64,000 bases of DNA from Gnetum montanum (Eukaryota; Plantae; Gnetophyta), in contig MNCI01002984.1 of assembly GCA_015680685.1 (NCBI GenBank), positions 130,221 to 194,220 on the forward strand, in the 5' to 3' direction. Shown here piece by piece: positions 11,953 to 25,542 of the stretch. The first letter of the stretch is position 1. Each line of letters opens with the position of its first letter. The notes beneath the pieces were generated by a model. That model did not search any database. It worked only from the letters and a program-made list of their open reading frames with translations, and was not told the origin of the DNA. Position numbers and translations under genes: made by a program.

Positions 11953-13990
11953 TGAGCGAACTCTCCTCTACCCCTAACTGACTAGTCACCCGTCTCTTTG
12001 CATTAAGGAAATGACAAGCTTTACATTTCTCAAGTTCTAATCCTAGGAGAACTCAGACTAGGATGGCAACCCATCAACCTCTAGCTCCCTTGGTGAGCAA
12101 TCCCTTTAACTTTACTAACTACCATGATATCCCAAAATCACTCCAAAATATAAATTTCTTCTTCAATCCTACAAACCCTACTAGTGATGCTCTTCAACAC
12201 ATACAATGTTTCAAAACCTTACTAGGGATCCATAACATTGTACAAAATGATGTGGCATGTAGGGTGTTTATGACAATATTTAGAAGTAAAGCAACACAAT
12301 GGTTCTTAATGCTCCCTTATGCCTCCATGAACTTATGGCAAGAGTTCAAAAATAAGTTTTTTATTCAATTTAACAAATTCACAAGCCCTACAATTACATC
12401 AAGTAACTTCACAAGCTTAAGAAAGTTACCTGAGGAAAACTTCTAGAATTACAACCTAAGATTCCTTCACCAATTGGCCTATGTGCTAAGTGAGATGCAT
12501 CCACAACCCAATGGCATCCTCAACTTTTACCTCTAGTATCGACCCATTCTTTGCCTATGCCATCAAATCTAATTTAAACATAACAAAAATATAGGGAGCA
12601 ATGGATAAAGCTGTGGAGTCAGAACAAATAACCCTTATGAATGGCATCCAAACGTGATTTGGGATTATGAGTATTCGTAATGCTATGTATTAGACTCCTA
12701 TCCCCTTTCAACCAATTCAACCTTTAAAAAATTACTTTAAAAATCCCACATCTTCTTCATTTCTACCATCTAACACTAGCTTTAATGATGACCAATCAAA
12801 GGCCTTAATCCAATCAACTATAAACCCAAATGGGATCACCAACCTTGTTGGACCTACAACTCAAACTCAAGATCAAATGACCCAGATATTAAATTCACTT
12901 CAAAATATTTCCAATGAAGTAGTTGAGTTAGAGAGAAATAATAACAAGAGTCATATACAATCTGAGAAGCCTAGCACATTAATCAATGACAAGTATTGTT
13001 GCCTCCATAACACTATGCAACATTCCAAGAAGACTTGTTTCCAATTTTTAGCATTATATGACGACAACATCCAAGGTCAACAAAATGGGAAAATCCCTGT
13101 TATGGTCCTTATTGTACCTCATGAAATAGAAAACAAAGAAGTTTCCTCATTAGAACAATTTATGGTAAGTGACCTGAACCCACACAACGTTTGCTACTGT
13201 AAACTTACTGACATCATGAACAACACACAACAACAAACTAGGAATGATATTTATACTCCAAATAGAAGAGCTCATAGTCAAAATAACAAAAATACTCAAA
13301 CTAGGTCATCCCAAATAAACACCCCACAATGACCAAATCCACCTTCTATACTTAAATGAACTCCACCTCAAAAAGAAGTCAAAGGTGAACACAAGACTTA
13401 TGATCTAGTTGAGGATTTGAAGAAAATCAAAGCTAACATTTCAATGTATGACCTTTTACACTTTAATGAAATGAAAGAAGTGATTCAAAATGTAGTTCAT
13501 ACACCTAAAACTGGAAAAGAAAAATCCTCAATCCTCGAAAGACAAGTTCACTTTGCAAAAAGTCCTAACACACTATTAGTAGAAAACACAAACAATTCCA
13601 TGACAAGCAAGAAAGATCAACCTCCTTTCCTAATGAATTTATTATTTTAGTAAAGAATGTCCACAATTGTTTGATGGATTCTAGTGCAACTGTTAGTGTC
13701 ATGCCACTACAGGTATTTAAGGCTTTAGAAGCATAAATGATACAACAAATGAAAAGTGTGATTCAACTCGATGGATCCAACATACTTGTTGTAGGATCAT
13801 TAAAAGGATTGAAAGTACAATTGAAATAATACTCTACATTTACATGTTACATGAATATCTTAGTAGTTGATATGTCACCTATGGTGTGGTCTTATCTAGG
13901 ACTTTTGAAGCCAAGTTTGGGGGCTTCTTTAGGTCAGATTTCTTAGAGCTATTAATCCCTATCAAAGAAAAATATGAATACATGATCATA
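11953..13990 (+). pseudogene. gag: Gypsy gag + aspartic protease, truncated
   Basis: HIQCF..NDVACRVFMTIFRSKATQWF..SMNLWQEFKNKFFIQF (Retrotrans_gag), YCCLHNTMQHSKKTC knuckle, VHNCLMDSSATVSVMP protease site; stops abruptly at a copia LTR remnant. Confidence 0.8.
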
Positions 13991-14202
13991 CCATGAGAAC
14001 CTTAAACTTTGTAAAGGTTGTAATGCCCTTTAAACCACATTTTTAAAAGGAACAAAGTCTAGAGGTATGCAAGAATTCTACCCTCTGAGTGTGAAAGTAC
14101 CTAAGTTAGAGAACTATGTAAATTTATGTATGGTTTTGGTTACCTCAATTGTTTGAATTAGGGAACTTATTTAACCTCCCCTCTAAGTTCTTAGTCCTAA
14201 AG

Positions 14203-14215
14203 TAGTATTAGAGCC
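14203..14215 (+). promoter_or_regulatory. Primer-binding site, tRNA-iMet (decayed)
   Basis: TAGTATTAGAGCC versus canonical TGGTATCAGAGCC, 2 nt after the LTR end. Confidence 0.8.
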
Positions 14216-14254
14216 TAGTACTCTAATTTTTGGAGATTAACATCTCAAGAGAGA

Positions 14255-16030
14255 ATGATGGAAGGAACATTATACACCAAACCACCAATGTTTGAGAGGA
14301 TCAACTTCACATAATGGAAGGCTAGAATGCAAGGATTCTTTGAATCCATGGAGTTTGAATTCTAGTAGTTCTTTTTTGAAGGATACATGCCAACCTTCAA
14401 CAACACCACAAGAGCTACAAAGGTAAGAAGTAACTGGACACAAGATGAGAAAGATAAGTTCATGTTTAATTCAAAAGAAAAAAATTATCTTTATTGTACT
14501 TTGAGTAAATATGAATTTAATAAAGTAGTTGGATGAAACACTATAAAATAAATTGGGAAAAATATAGAATTAATGTATGAAGTTACATCTATAGTTAAGC
14601 AATCTAAGCTTGTAGTGTTACAAAGTAAGTATGATAAACTTAAAATAAAAGAAGAAGGAAAAATCAAGGATTATCTTTCTAGAGTTAGTGATTTAGTTGT
14701 AGCTATTTGAGGGATGGAAAAAGATTCACATGAAAGTGCTATTTTTATTAAAATTATTAGAAATTTTCAGCCTAAGTTTGGACCAAAATTCATAGCCATG
14801 AATGAAATCAAAGATTTCTTAGTTCTATAGTTCAAAGAGCTTCAAAGTGAACTTATTGCTTATGGGATAAATCTCATTACTAAAGGTGCAATCAAAGAAA
14901 AGCCTATAATCCTTACAAGTTCATCAAAGAAGAAGGAGCCACTTGAATGTGAAGTAAATAGTGAAGATGAATTTGATTTCATGTTTAGAAGGGTTCAAAG
15001 ATTACTTGCATTAAAAGGAAAGAGCTTCAATCATACTGATAGCAAAGTTAAGAAAAGAGGTAAGAATTTTAAAAATTCTAATCTTGATGCATCATCTATA
15101 GAATCTTGGGTTTATGGTGGTAGAGGTCATGTGGCCTCTAAATGTACAAGTGTTAGTAGGTTTCAAAAGAAGAACCAATCCAAAGTTGATATGAAAGAAA
15201 AAAATATTTACACCAACTAGGATGATGAACAAAGTGAGGAAGAAGTAGATGATTCTACAACAGATTTACATCTTATCGACATGATTCTTACTAATGAAGA
15301 TCTAGCATTAGAAATTGAAGAACCTAAAGGAACTATTAAATAGAGGTATGGATTATTAGGAAATGAAATTATATCCTTTCAAAATCTATGTATAAAAATG
15401 AAGAAGGCCTTAAGTGACAAATATTTGCAGTTGTTTCAACTAAAAAAAATGCTTAAATTTCACATCAGAAAACTTAGACCTAAGGGCTAAGAATCATAAA
15501 CTAACATCTTTTTGTGAGTAAATTATCAAAGAACTTATAGATAATAAGTTCATAAATGAAAGACTTACAAAAGGAAAAGAAATCCTATGAATTATATTGG
15601 GTCAAGGAAGAGATCCACATAACAAGAGTGGATTGGAAGTCCTCAAAAAAAATGAGGAATGGGATTGTACTTCATGGTCTGATCATCTTGTCCAAATTAG
15701 AAAAATCAAGTGTTATTATTGGGAAAAGTATGGGCATAAACATTCAAATTGTTGTCTAAAGATAAAACATTATAATATGACTCATTGATCATATCCAACG
15801 GTTCCTAGAAATAATGTTTTGTAGTTCAAAAAGGTGTGAAGAGTCAAAGAAAATGCAAATATCCATGTTATACATCTAACCACAAGGGACGTCCCAAGAA
15901 ATAATCAGATATTGAGGATATAGGATATTTATACTAAGTACCAAGAAGGGACTCTGAAGAGAAAACCTTATCATAAATCTACTTGAAAAAAGAACCCTCT
16001 TAAGAACAAGAAAGGTGAGTATAGGTAAAT
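14255..16030 (+). pseudogene. gag: Degenerate SIRE-type gag of element B
   Basis: KPPMFERINFT*WKARMQGF N-terminus, UBN2-type core and two decayed knuckles; homologous to 1-1630. Confidence 0.85.
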
Positions 16031-16045
16031 ATTTTCCTTGACTTG

Positions 16046-16908
16046 TGATGAATCATGGTTTTCCAGACCCTGATATCAAATCCTCAATATCAGGTACGTG
16101 ATATTGCAGTCTAGATAACGATATCGAATACACAATATCGTGATTCCTGTGCAGACCTATAAATATAGCATTCAGGCACACAGGAAAGGAGTCAATTGGT
16201 AAGTCCTAGGGTAGAGTTGTTTTGTCAGTTTTCAATTAATTTTTAGTTCTTTTCCATGTGCATGCCCGTAGTGTGATGACTGTAATTGTGCAGAACCTTT
16301 GTTTGAGTGTGACATACTTGGACACGCACACAACTGGCAATAAAGATCAATATTACTCCATCATTGCATCATTCACTTAGTTTTTAATTGTTTAATTTTT
16401 AATTATTATTTATTATTTTCTTAGTTAATATTTTTTTATCGTTATTTACTATTCCTGTTGTTAATGCAAAATGAGTACATCTTAATCATGAACATTTAAG
16501 TGTATCTACTTGGTAACCTAGTAGCGTATCTAGTGGTGCTCAAGTAATGTGCACTTGGTAATTCTAGAGGTAGTACATGAGGTCCAAGATGCATATGGAT
16601 GATTAAGGATAGATGCTCATCACACTTAGGCTAGCTTAGAATTTATTTTCTATCACCTACTAGTTCACGCAAGTTATTTCTTATTGATTTTAGAAGTAGC
16701 ATGGCAATTAGGAATCACATCATACACCTCACTTTGGACCAAACCATATGTGATAAAGAAAATACTAGTCCAGGTGGAAAGATAGCAAACTGTGATCAAT
16801 GTATAACTATCTAGGTGCCACAACTAGTCCATTTGCAGAGTTCAACTAGATCATGTGTACACACTTGTATTCGTATGGTTGAGCATAGGGTTATCTCACT
16901 GCTCATCA
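16046..16908 (+). repeat. 5' LTR of nested Athila
   Basis: Direct repeat of 24335-25197; TATA box CCTATAAATA at ~16156. Confidence 0.92.
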
Positions 16909-16909
16909 T

Positions 16910-16927
16910 TGGCACCATTGCTGGGGA
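16910..16927 (+). promoter_or_regulatory. Primer-binding site, tRNA-Asp (Athila hallmark)
   Basis: TGGCACCATTGCTGGGGA versus TGGCGCCGTTGCCGGGGA; differences are all CpG transitions. Confidence 0.9.
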
Positions 16928-17041
16928 CAGTGCTAGTTATCTAGGTTAGTTATATAATACAAGATTTTTGTAAAAAATTATTAATGATATATATTTTAGA
17001 AAAGAAATTAAGTTTAATTAAGTCACACACAATTCACAATA

Positions 17042-19330
17042 ATGTCTCTCTCACAAGATGATGTTAACGCAACAATTAGCAAGGTAATTCATTAGAGAAT
17101 CAATGCAATTTATGATGAAGAAGAAGCTTGGAGTACTTAACCTTATGCAGGAGTTTCATATATTCTTGAACACCCCAACAATACTCAAGGACTCTTGTCA
17201 TCCAACTCAGACACTTTTAGTGAGGATGGGACATCCCATAAAATGAGGGGGTCCATAAGGCCAAGGACCTTCCCAATGGTTAGCAAGAGTACATCAAGGG
17301 ATGATTGGGAGACTTACAAAAGTCATGACAAGTCTTCCAGTTCTTTCTCTTCCTCTACTCCTTCAACGTTAGGTTGTGACATGGATGACCATCTCTCAAG
17401 GGGTCAGTGTAGAAATAAAAATCAAACCCACAAGAAAAGTTAGGAACATCAACATGAACAAAGATAACATTGTCCCAACTCACAAACTCATAACTTATTG
17501 ACGATGAACCCCTGTTGGCCACTAAGAGCCTAATGCATATACAAGAGGCTATTCAAATATCCTGTAGGCATCATAAGGAAAATCATCTACATAGGCTTGA
17601 TTTAAACAACTTTCCCAAGTTTTTAGGAGGCTATGATTTAAATCCACAACATCATTTACAAGACTTCTATGATGCCTGTGCATGGAACAACATTGATAAT
17701 GGGTGGAAAAAACTTAAGCTCTTTCCTATGACACTCGTTGGCCAAGTAAAAGTATGGTATAGGTCTTTAAAACCAAAATCAATTTAGCATTGGCCGACAA
17801 TGGTAGAACTTTTCAATGAAAGATATCAAACCAGTGCAAGAGTGTCAACCTTGAGGAGACAAATCCAAGAATGGAAACAAGGGCAACATGAACACTTGGA
17901 CATGGCCTTAGAAAGATATTACTCACTATTAAACAATTGCCTAGGCCATGGGTTCTTCAAGGAAAGGCTAATGTATCACATCATGGATGGGCTTCGTAAT
18001 GAAACAAGGAAGACCTTAGGGATGTATGCCCTAAGTCAACTATATGAACTATGAACCCACCAATTGCAAGAGCTTATTAAGCAGGTAGAAAAAGAAGAAG
18101 GAGAAATAGTCAAATGGGAGAATGTTGAAAGACCTCAACAAGACCAAAATCTTAAAATAAAAAAGGTCCATAATCATGAAAAGGAGAAATCAACTCACCT
18201 CAAGGAGGTGGAATCATCTTTGCCAATACTATAATCACTAGATGAAATTGAGGAAAAGATTAATAAGATGACATAATGGATACATGAAAAATATGGATAA
18301 TATGAAAACATTATTAGAGGTGGAGCCATGCATGACCACTCTAACAAATAGGACAAACAAAGGGTGCCAAACTAAGAAACAAGACAAAATACCACTCGAC
18401 AATCAGAAAGAAGGGTTGAAGATAATAAGGATAGAGGCTCAACTGTCAATCATAAGTATCAATGTGTTGTTTGTCTATATTATCACCCCAAAATTCAATG
18501 TCCAATATTGTCACATCTACATGAGCATTGGAGAGGAATGTTACATACATATTTCATATAGAAGTATCACGTCCAAATGCAGTGGCGAAATCCCCAGTTG
18601 TTGGGGAGGCCACCGCCAAACAAACCACATCCTTGGTATATCCCGACACCAAATATTTATTATGTTTAACATCCTATTTTCCCAACTAGATCAACATCCT
18701 CTACTTCACCTCATCGTTATCATTCTCTTGAGTACTATCAATCCATGTCCTCTCCAACAAGATCACCACCTCATGTTCCTTACACTTCTCCTCACCCTCA
18801 ATATTCTCATTCTTCACCTCCTTCTACATCACCACTAGTTGTGCCAAAAAGTTTTGCATCATAGCACCAACCCATGAACATTACTTGTGCTGCTACTATC
18901 AAAAATAGTGGAGGTCCTCCACAACATCAAAAGCATCCTTTCTTTAGGCATGACCATAGAAAGAGACAACACAGTTCTGAACCCACTACATCCTCCAACT
19001 CGACACAAGCCAAGCACTATGATGCATCTTCCTCCTCAAACTCAATGCCTCCTATTACCTCATCTAGGCCATCGATTAATGCTCCAACAACCATGCGACC
19101 TAATGGATATAACCATGTAGTAAGACATATCGATGCATATGATCATACAGTCATGGGTGCCATAGTGGGTCAGCTTCTTATCACATGACCACATATTATA
19201 ATCTACCCCACTATGCCTACTTCAATCAAGTGTGTGAACCCCAATTTGGGTACATCCCTACCACCACATCAAAAGACACCCAGTGGTTTGAATATGACTA
19301 GATCCCAATGTTTCCAACATGCATGGATCC
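17042..19330 (+). pseudogene. gag: Athila-like gag with Pro/His/Ser-rich tail, no protease
   Basis: FPKFLGG..NPQHHLQDFYDAC..KLKLFPMTLVGQVKVWYRSLKPKSI; CVVCLYYHPKIQC knuckle at ~18460-18505. End coordinate approximate. Confidence 0.8.
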
Positions 19331-21359
19331 AAATTTTCCATTTATTAATTCTAGCCATGCTCAAAGGTTTAGTCATGGGGGATACCCCCCATTCTAATAA
19401 GTAGAATTAGTAAATTGTTTTCCTTTTCTTTGATTTTACAATTTTTTGTTTTCTAGTTTTTACTTTTCAAATTGTTGGTTTTATCTCTTTGAAGGCAATC
19501 TCATCAATAAATAAAATACTCATGTGACTTGTTGATAGAGGTGTTGTTCTATGCTATCAAGTCTCAAGGGACTAATTATTTGGACAATGAGCCTATAACA
19601 GCCACCCACCCATTCTATTAATAAGAAGTTCTACTCTGGGTATGATGGTATTCTTATCATCATTAAAACTTAAAGTAACTTTGTACTCATTTTGCCCAAA
19701 GTGAAAAATGATAGACTAAGAGGGAATGGCTAGGGTGTGACATCAAAGGGACTAATGGATTCTCTTTGGTGACATCTATATGTGCTATTATGCAGCTTGG
19801 TTGTATTAAAATCCTTGTAGATCTAACAAAAAATGGGAGTAAGAGTAATAAAGGCACTCAATAAGGGAACTCAATGCTATTCTAGAAGGTCCCACTAGAA
19901 AGACATGCACCCATGCCTGAAGGTTGGTGGCTTCTTTGGATCATCGTTGGAAATGACAAAGTGCCAAAGTGGCTAGGTAACGAAAAAGAAAAATAAAGAA
20001 AGAAAAATAACAAAGAAAAGATTAAGAAGAATGTGTCATAGAGAAATTTCAAATCACTCCTCCCTTGGACAAAACACCAAGTGATCGTATGCCCTACTCT
20101 CATGGTGCTCTTATGGTTGTTCATCATGGGATGAAATAATGCTATGTCACTGCTCTGAGTTATGGACTTGATCTTGATTTTGGAGTGAAAGGATAATGGT
20201 ACATTGATCACGCCCTACAATCTAGATTCATTGTGCCCATAGTCAATTACCTCATATCCTAATTTTGGCAGTCCCTTCTATGATTCATTTCACCCCACTA
20301 TCCAAGTATTTCCAACTTGTGTCTTGTGTGGCATAGAATTTATACCTCATCATGGTAGTATTTAACATGTGTGTGTTTTGTTGCACTAGTGCGAATTGCA
20401 TTCAACCCCTCTAATGCCTACAGACATTTTAAGGTGTGATTATGTAAGGGCATGATAGGTAGGAACCTGCTTTGGGGAGGACCCACTTTTGTAACTTTTG
20501 TAATTTGCACTCATTGCACATCACCACATCATCTTATACCCTCTAAGTACTACATTGCTAAATTTATTCTTTCCTTTATCATCATTTCAATTCAATTCAA
20601 ATGTTCCTGTGCACCACTACATTTCCTTTTTCCTTACCCTATTCATGCACTTCCTTGTATAATTCCACTTCATTAAACTTTTGGTGCCTTTAGGTCTTAC
20701 CTTAAATCCTTTGTTTTTTGCCTTGGAAATTTGAAAATTTATCAATTTTTCCAAGTACCTTATTCTGGATGGGATGCAATATTGGGTACTTGATATCGGG
20801 TCCATGCTAGTGTGTACACAATATCACATCTATAAAGTCTATATATATAAACCACCCTCGTATGCATCAATATCATTTTCAACTATTCATGCAAGGGGAG
20901 ATGTTGCAATTTTCTTTCATGAATTCTTACACTTTGAAAACCTATCATTCAAACATCAATATCTTGCTCATTAATGCTTCGACTCTCTTTTCGATCAAAC
21001 CTACTTAAGCCTGAAGTGTTTAACTTAGTAGTGGGGGAAGGGTATGCTCTAAGTTACATGTAATTTTTTTGAAATTTGCTATTGCTCGAGGGATATCATA
21101 AGGGGTAATTGACCTTAAGAAATGCTAAAAACATATGCCAAATTAATTTTATTTCTTCATCCAAACCATGGAAATTATTTTTAGAGTCACCTGATTATAT
21201 TGGGCTCAACATTAAAACTTTTAAGGGGATTTTCTTGAAACTTTCTAACTCTGAATCACACTAAGCAAGAATTGAATTCATTAAAGGCAATGAGTGTGGT
21301 ATAGGATAATTAAATTTTTCTAAACAACCTTACTAACAATTGATCTTATGTGATTATAG

Positions 21360-24170
21360 ATGGCTGCAAAATGAGGACAACAAGGAGGACACTCTCAAGG
21401 TGCATCCAAATGGTCGAGGAGAGGTAGAGGCCAAGCGCCTCCCATAGAACATGTAGGGTAGGAGGCACAATCATTTAGCATTCATTAAGAACCTCCTATT
21501 ACTGCACAATCTAGGCATGCTGAAGGTGGAAAAGGTAGAGCACTTGAATAGGGATAGCATCTCACATTGTCTCTAGAATGCGTTCAGGCAATTCGAGAGA
21601 GGTCCATGTCAGCTACAGTGATTATGGAACTCAATTTGGACCTTTTACCAAATTTTCCCATAAGTTAGTTAGAGATCAACTCAAAGGGTCTCCATTGTGG
21701 CCTATTTTCTTAGAGAGTGACGAATGGTATTTGGGGGAGATGTACCAATTTTAGCATAATAAGGAAGAAGGCACCATCGTTGATATCGGTGGAATTTTAG
21801 TCGATTTCTCTACCAAGGCCATTCCGGAAGTTCTGAACCTTCCAAATACAAGGCCTAAGGTTGCTCACCTATCCACTTGCTCTTATGCTAATGAATGAAA
21901 AATATGGTTAAAAAGGACATACGATGAAGATAAAACATATGAAGAGCTCACACTTGAAGAGAGAATCTATTTTAAAATTGGCACCTATCACATTTTCCCA
22001 ACAAAAGGGCTAAATCAGATTTTCACCTATGTGACTAGAGGAAGTGCCATCTTGATGGACAAGGTTGATGTAAAATTGCCCCATCTAAATCTTACCGAAA
22101 TATTAAGGTAGTTTGAAGAATGTAAGACAAGAAATTTTGCATTGCCTTTTCCCTGCCTAATTAGAAAGTTGTACCGATGTTGTAGAATTCTGGGGTATAC
22201 TAATGATGTCCCCAGAAAGGCTCAAAATGCCTCATATGCTAAATTATTAAAGCCACAAGCCCCAAAAAAAGATGTTGGTGAGACACTGGAGCCTAAGCAA
22301 GAGCAGACGGTTAGGCCCACTGCACCTCAAATCGCAGGGCATAGCCAACTTTTGAACACAAGGCTTAATCAACAATAGAAAGCAAGGCCTAGCATGTAGC
22401 CCATAGGCCATCAAGACCAACCGCCATTGCCACCGCAAGATTATCAACTATCGATGAGCCACCTCAAGGCCATTGCAGAGACGATTAGTTGGGGAAGCCA
22501 AATCTCTTCAAGATCATTGATGATGCCATATAGCCCATAGTCTCAATTGATCATGCATGGGACAATGTTTCTATACAAACATGAGGAGGGGAATCACATT
22601 AGTTACAATAGATCTTTGGAAATGCTACATCTTTTCAAGTGCAATTAGAAACTGGTGAAGGCACCACAATAGTGGTCATGCAACACCAGGATGCAGCGAG
22701 AGTAGCAGAAGTGGTTGCAGACCACATCAAAGAATCATTCAATGTTCCTGTTATGCCTAGCATATTTCATAGGAGCACGTGATGCCCAAGACTTGGCTAG
22801 TCCCTTGATGACTCCTTTAGATCATGAGGATGTTTTGGATCAGTTGCTGCAAACAAGATAAGTGATGACATCCTTGTTCGAAATCCCTCAAGATGTCACA
22901 ATAACATAATCAGATCTCATCTTCATAGAAGGGAAGCTAGCCATGGTGGAGGTTAGGGTCGAACATGTAGAGGATGAGCTAAAAAGACTTCAAGATACGT
23001 TTGTTTCCCTACAAGCTGCATAGCAAGATCCATCCTAATTCATCCCAGCACATCAACTAGATTCATTTCAAACAGAGTAGCTAAATAAATTATCAGAAGA
23101 GAATAAAAGGGTGGCAGGGGCAAAAGAGAAGGCTGATTGGGGTGTTTTAAAGGCACAAGCTCAAACGTATGCACATGCCAAAGCACTCAAGGCCTTACAA
23201 GAAGAAAATAAACATCTTGTCATTGAAAATCTTCAGTTGACCACAATAGAAAAATAGAAGAATGTTCTCAAGGAGAGTTTCCAAAAAATGCGAGAATAAT
23301 TAATAAGGGTCAACCAGGACATGAATTGCTTAGCCAGAGAAAACAGAACCCTCTCAATGGAGGAGGTACACATGATCTGTCAGAAGATGGCTATTGAAAT
23401 AAGTGTGTGGTAGAATGAGGCTAAGTGACATAAGAACCTAAAAGAAAATTTCTAAGATCAGGTGGGGATGTACAAGCAGATCATTGAGAAAGAAACCCAT
23501 ATGGCCAAAGCCCATATCAACACCCTCAATGCTCAAAACACTAACTGGTGGGCCATATTGGATACTTATGCCTTTACCCACCAAGTAGAACTAAAGAGTT
23601 GGGACCTATAGATATAGGATCTCACTGAGTACATGGAGTTGGCAAACCTACAATATGCCAACTTAGCCATGTTGATAGCAAGACACTTGAGGATAGAATT
23701 GGAGAAGTAGGTAGTAGCCACCTATGCCAAGTGTGAAGCAAAATTTGCTGAACACAAGAAGATACTACAGAAATTAGAGGTAGCAAATTCTAAGTTAAAG
23801 GTGGTCAAACCTAGCTACCAAGGGCAAAAAGATGTCATGGAAGATTTGGCTCAATAGTTCATGGATTATCAAGAATGTAGAGATAAAGCCAGAGCCTATG
23901 AGGAGTAACGATAGTTATTTGTGGCTTGGTACGTTAAAGCCAATCAGATGTTTCTAAAAATGTCATGCCCATGGGATGTATTGACTCCATCAAATATTGG
24001 AACATTAGCATGGATGGCACACAATCCCCAAAACAAAGAGGAAAAACTTTAGGCACTCCTTCAAAGGCATCCATTTCCAAAGCCTGGAGCACAAGATAAG
24101 TGGAAGAGGCCCATGGAGGAGCCACCACCACTAGGAACCACATGAGTCCCAAAAATTTTATTTTTAGTAC
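21360..24170 (+). pseudogene. Athila extra (env-like/ORF2) gene: Transposase_32-like domain plus long coiled-coil
   Basis: WYLGEMYQF*HN..VDIGGILVDFSTKAIPEVLNLP and FALPFPCLIRKLYRCC motifs; E/K/Q/A heptad-like region at ~22870-23950. End coordinate approximate. Confidence 0.7.
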
Positions 24171-24334
24171 TCTATGTTAGTGTCCCAATTTTATTTTTTT
24201 TAATTCCATACTACAACATGAAGTAATTTATAGTTAGTCAATAATCCCATACCTATCCACTATGTAATCAAATGAACTTATTCTCATTTTGACTATTTGA
24301 CTCAAGGATGAGTTGTTATTCAATTGTGGGGGTA

Positions 24335-25197
24335 TGATGAATCGTGGTTTTCCAAGCCCCAATATCAGATCCTCAATATCGGGTATGCAATATTGTAGCC
24401 TAGATAACAATATCGAATACACAATATCATGATTCCTATGTAGGCCTATAAATATAGCATTTAGGTGCACAAGAAGGGAGTCAGTTGGTAACTCCTAGGA
24501 TAGAGTTGTTTTGTTAGTTTTTAGTTAATTTTTAATTCTTTCCCATGTGTATGCCCATAGTGTGATGATTGTAATTGTTTGGAACCTTTGTTCGAGTGTG
24601 ATGTACTTGGACATGCACACAACTGGCAATAAAGATCGAGATTACTCCATCATTACAAAATTCACTTAGTTTTCAATTATTTAATTATTTATTATTATTT
24701 ATTATTTTCTTAGTTAATATTTCTTTATTATTATTTACTATTCCTATTGTTAATGTGGAATGAGTACATCTTAATCACAAACATTTAAGTGTAACTACTT
24801 GGTAACCCAATAGCATATCTAGTGGTGCTCAAGTAATGTGCACTTGGTAATCCCAAAGGTAGTGCATGAAGTTCAAGATGTGTATGGATGATTAAGGATA
24901 GATGTTCATTTCACTTAGGCTAGATTAGACTTTATTTAGCATCACCTATTAGTTCATGCAAGTTATTTCTTATTGATTTTAGGAGTAGCATGGTGATTAG
25001 GAATCACATCATACACCTCACTCTAGACCAAACCATACATGAAAAAGCAAATACTAGTCTAGGTGGAAAGATAGCAAACTGTGATCAACGTATAACTGTC
25101 TAGGTGCCACAACTAGTTTGTCTATGGAGTTCAACCAGATCGTACGCACACGTTCATATTCGTATGATTGAGTGTAGGGGTACCTCACCACTCATCA
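24335..25197 (+). repeat. 3' LTR of nested Athila
   Basis: Follows the PPT, repeats 16046-16908 and is followed by the TSD. Confidence 0.92.
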
Positions 25198-25542
25198 ACT
25201 TACATTATGATTTTGGCTTTCTTTTATAATTAAATTTGTCCTTGGTACCATCTCCTTGAACCCTCATTCATATCAGATCTCCCTAGCTTGAAAAGAGCTA
25301 ACTTTATGTTGGGACATCCCACTTCTTTATGAGATGTCCCACTAAGCATACACCCAACTTAGATGAGATGTTCCATTTTTTCTTGGGACTTTCCAATCTA
25401 TAGGAAAAATACTTAAGGGCATCAGCTATATAAATCTAATCATCAGTTTTTCCATTTCATCTCACTCAAGCCTTGGACATCCTAGTGCAATTAACTAGGA
25501 CCTCTTTCTAACTACATTTCTAGTCCATTTCTACTCAAATCC

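Larger units (their letters stand above)
16046..25197 (+). mobile_element. Structurally complete non-autonomous Athila-like element (gag + extra ORF, no pol)
   Basis: Two 863-bp LTRs (TGATGA...TCATCA), TSD ACTTG/ACTTA, tRNA-Asp PBS and PPT GTGGGGGTA; no PR/RT/RH/IN motifs found inside. Confidence 0.9.

Noticed and set aside
18284-19120. Hydrophobic, transmembrane-looking ORFs
   Set aside because: They are off-frame readings of the Pro/His/Ser-rich gag tail.
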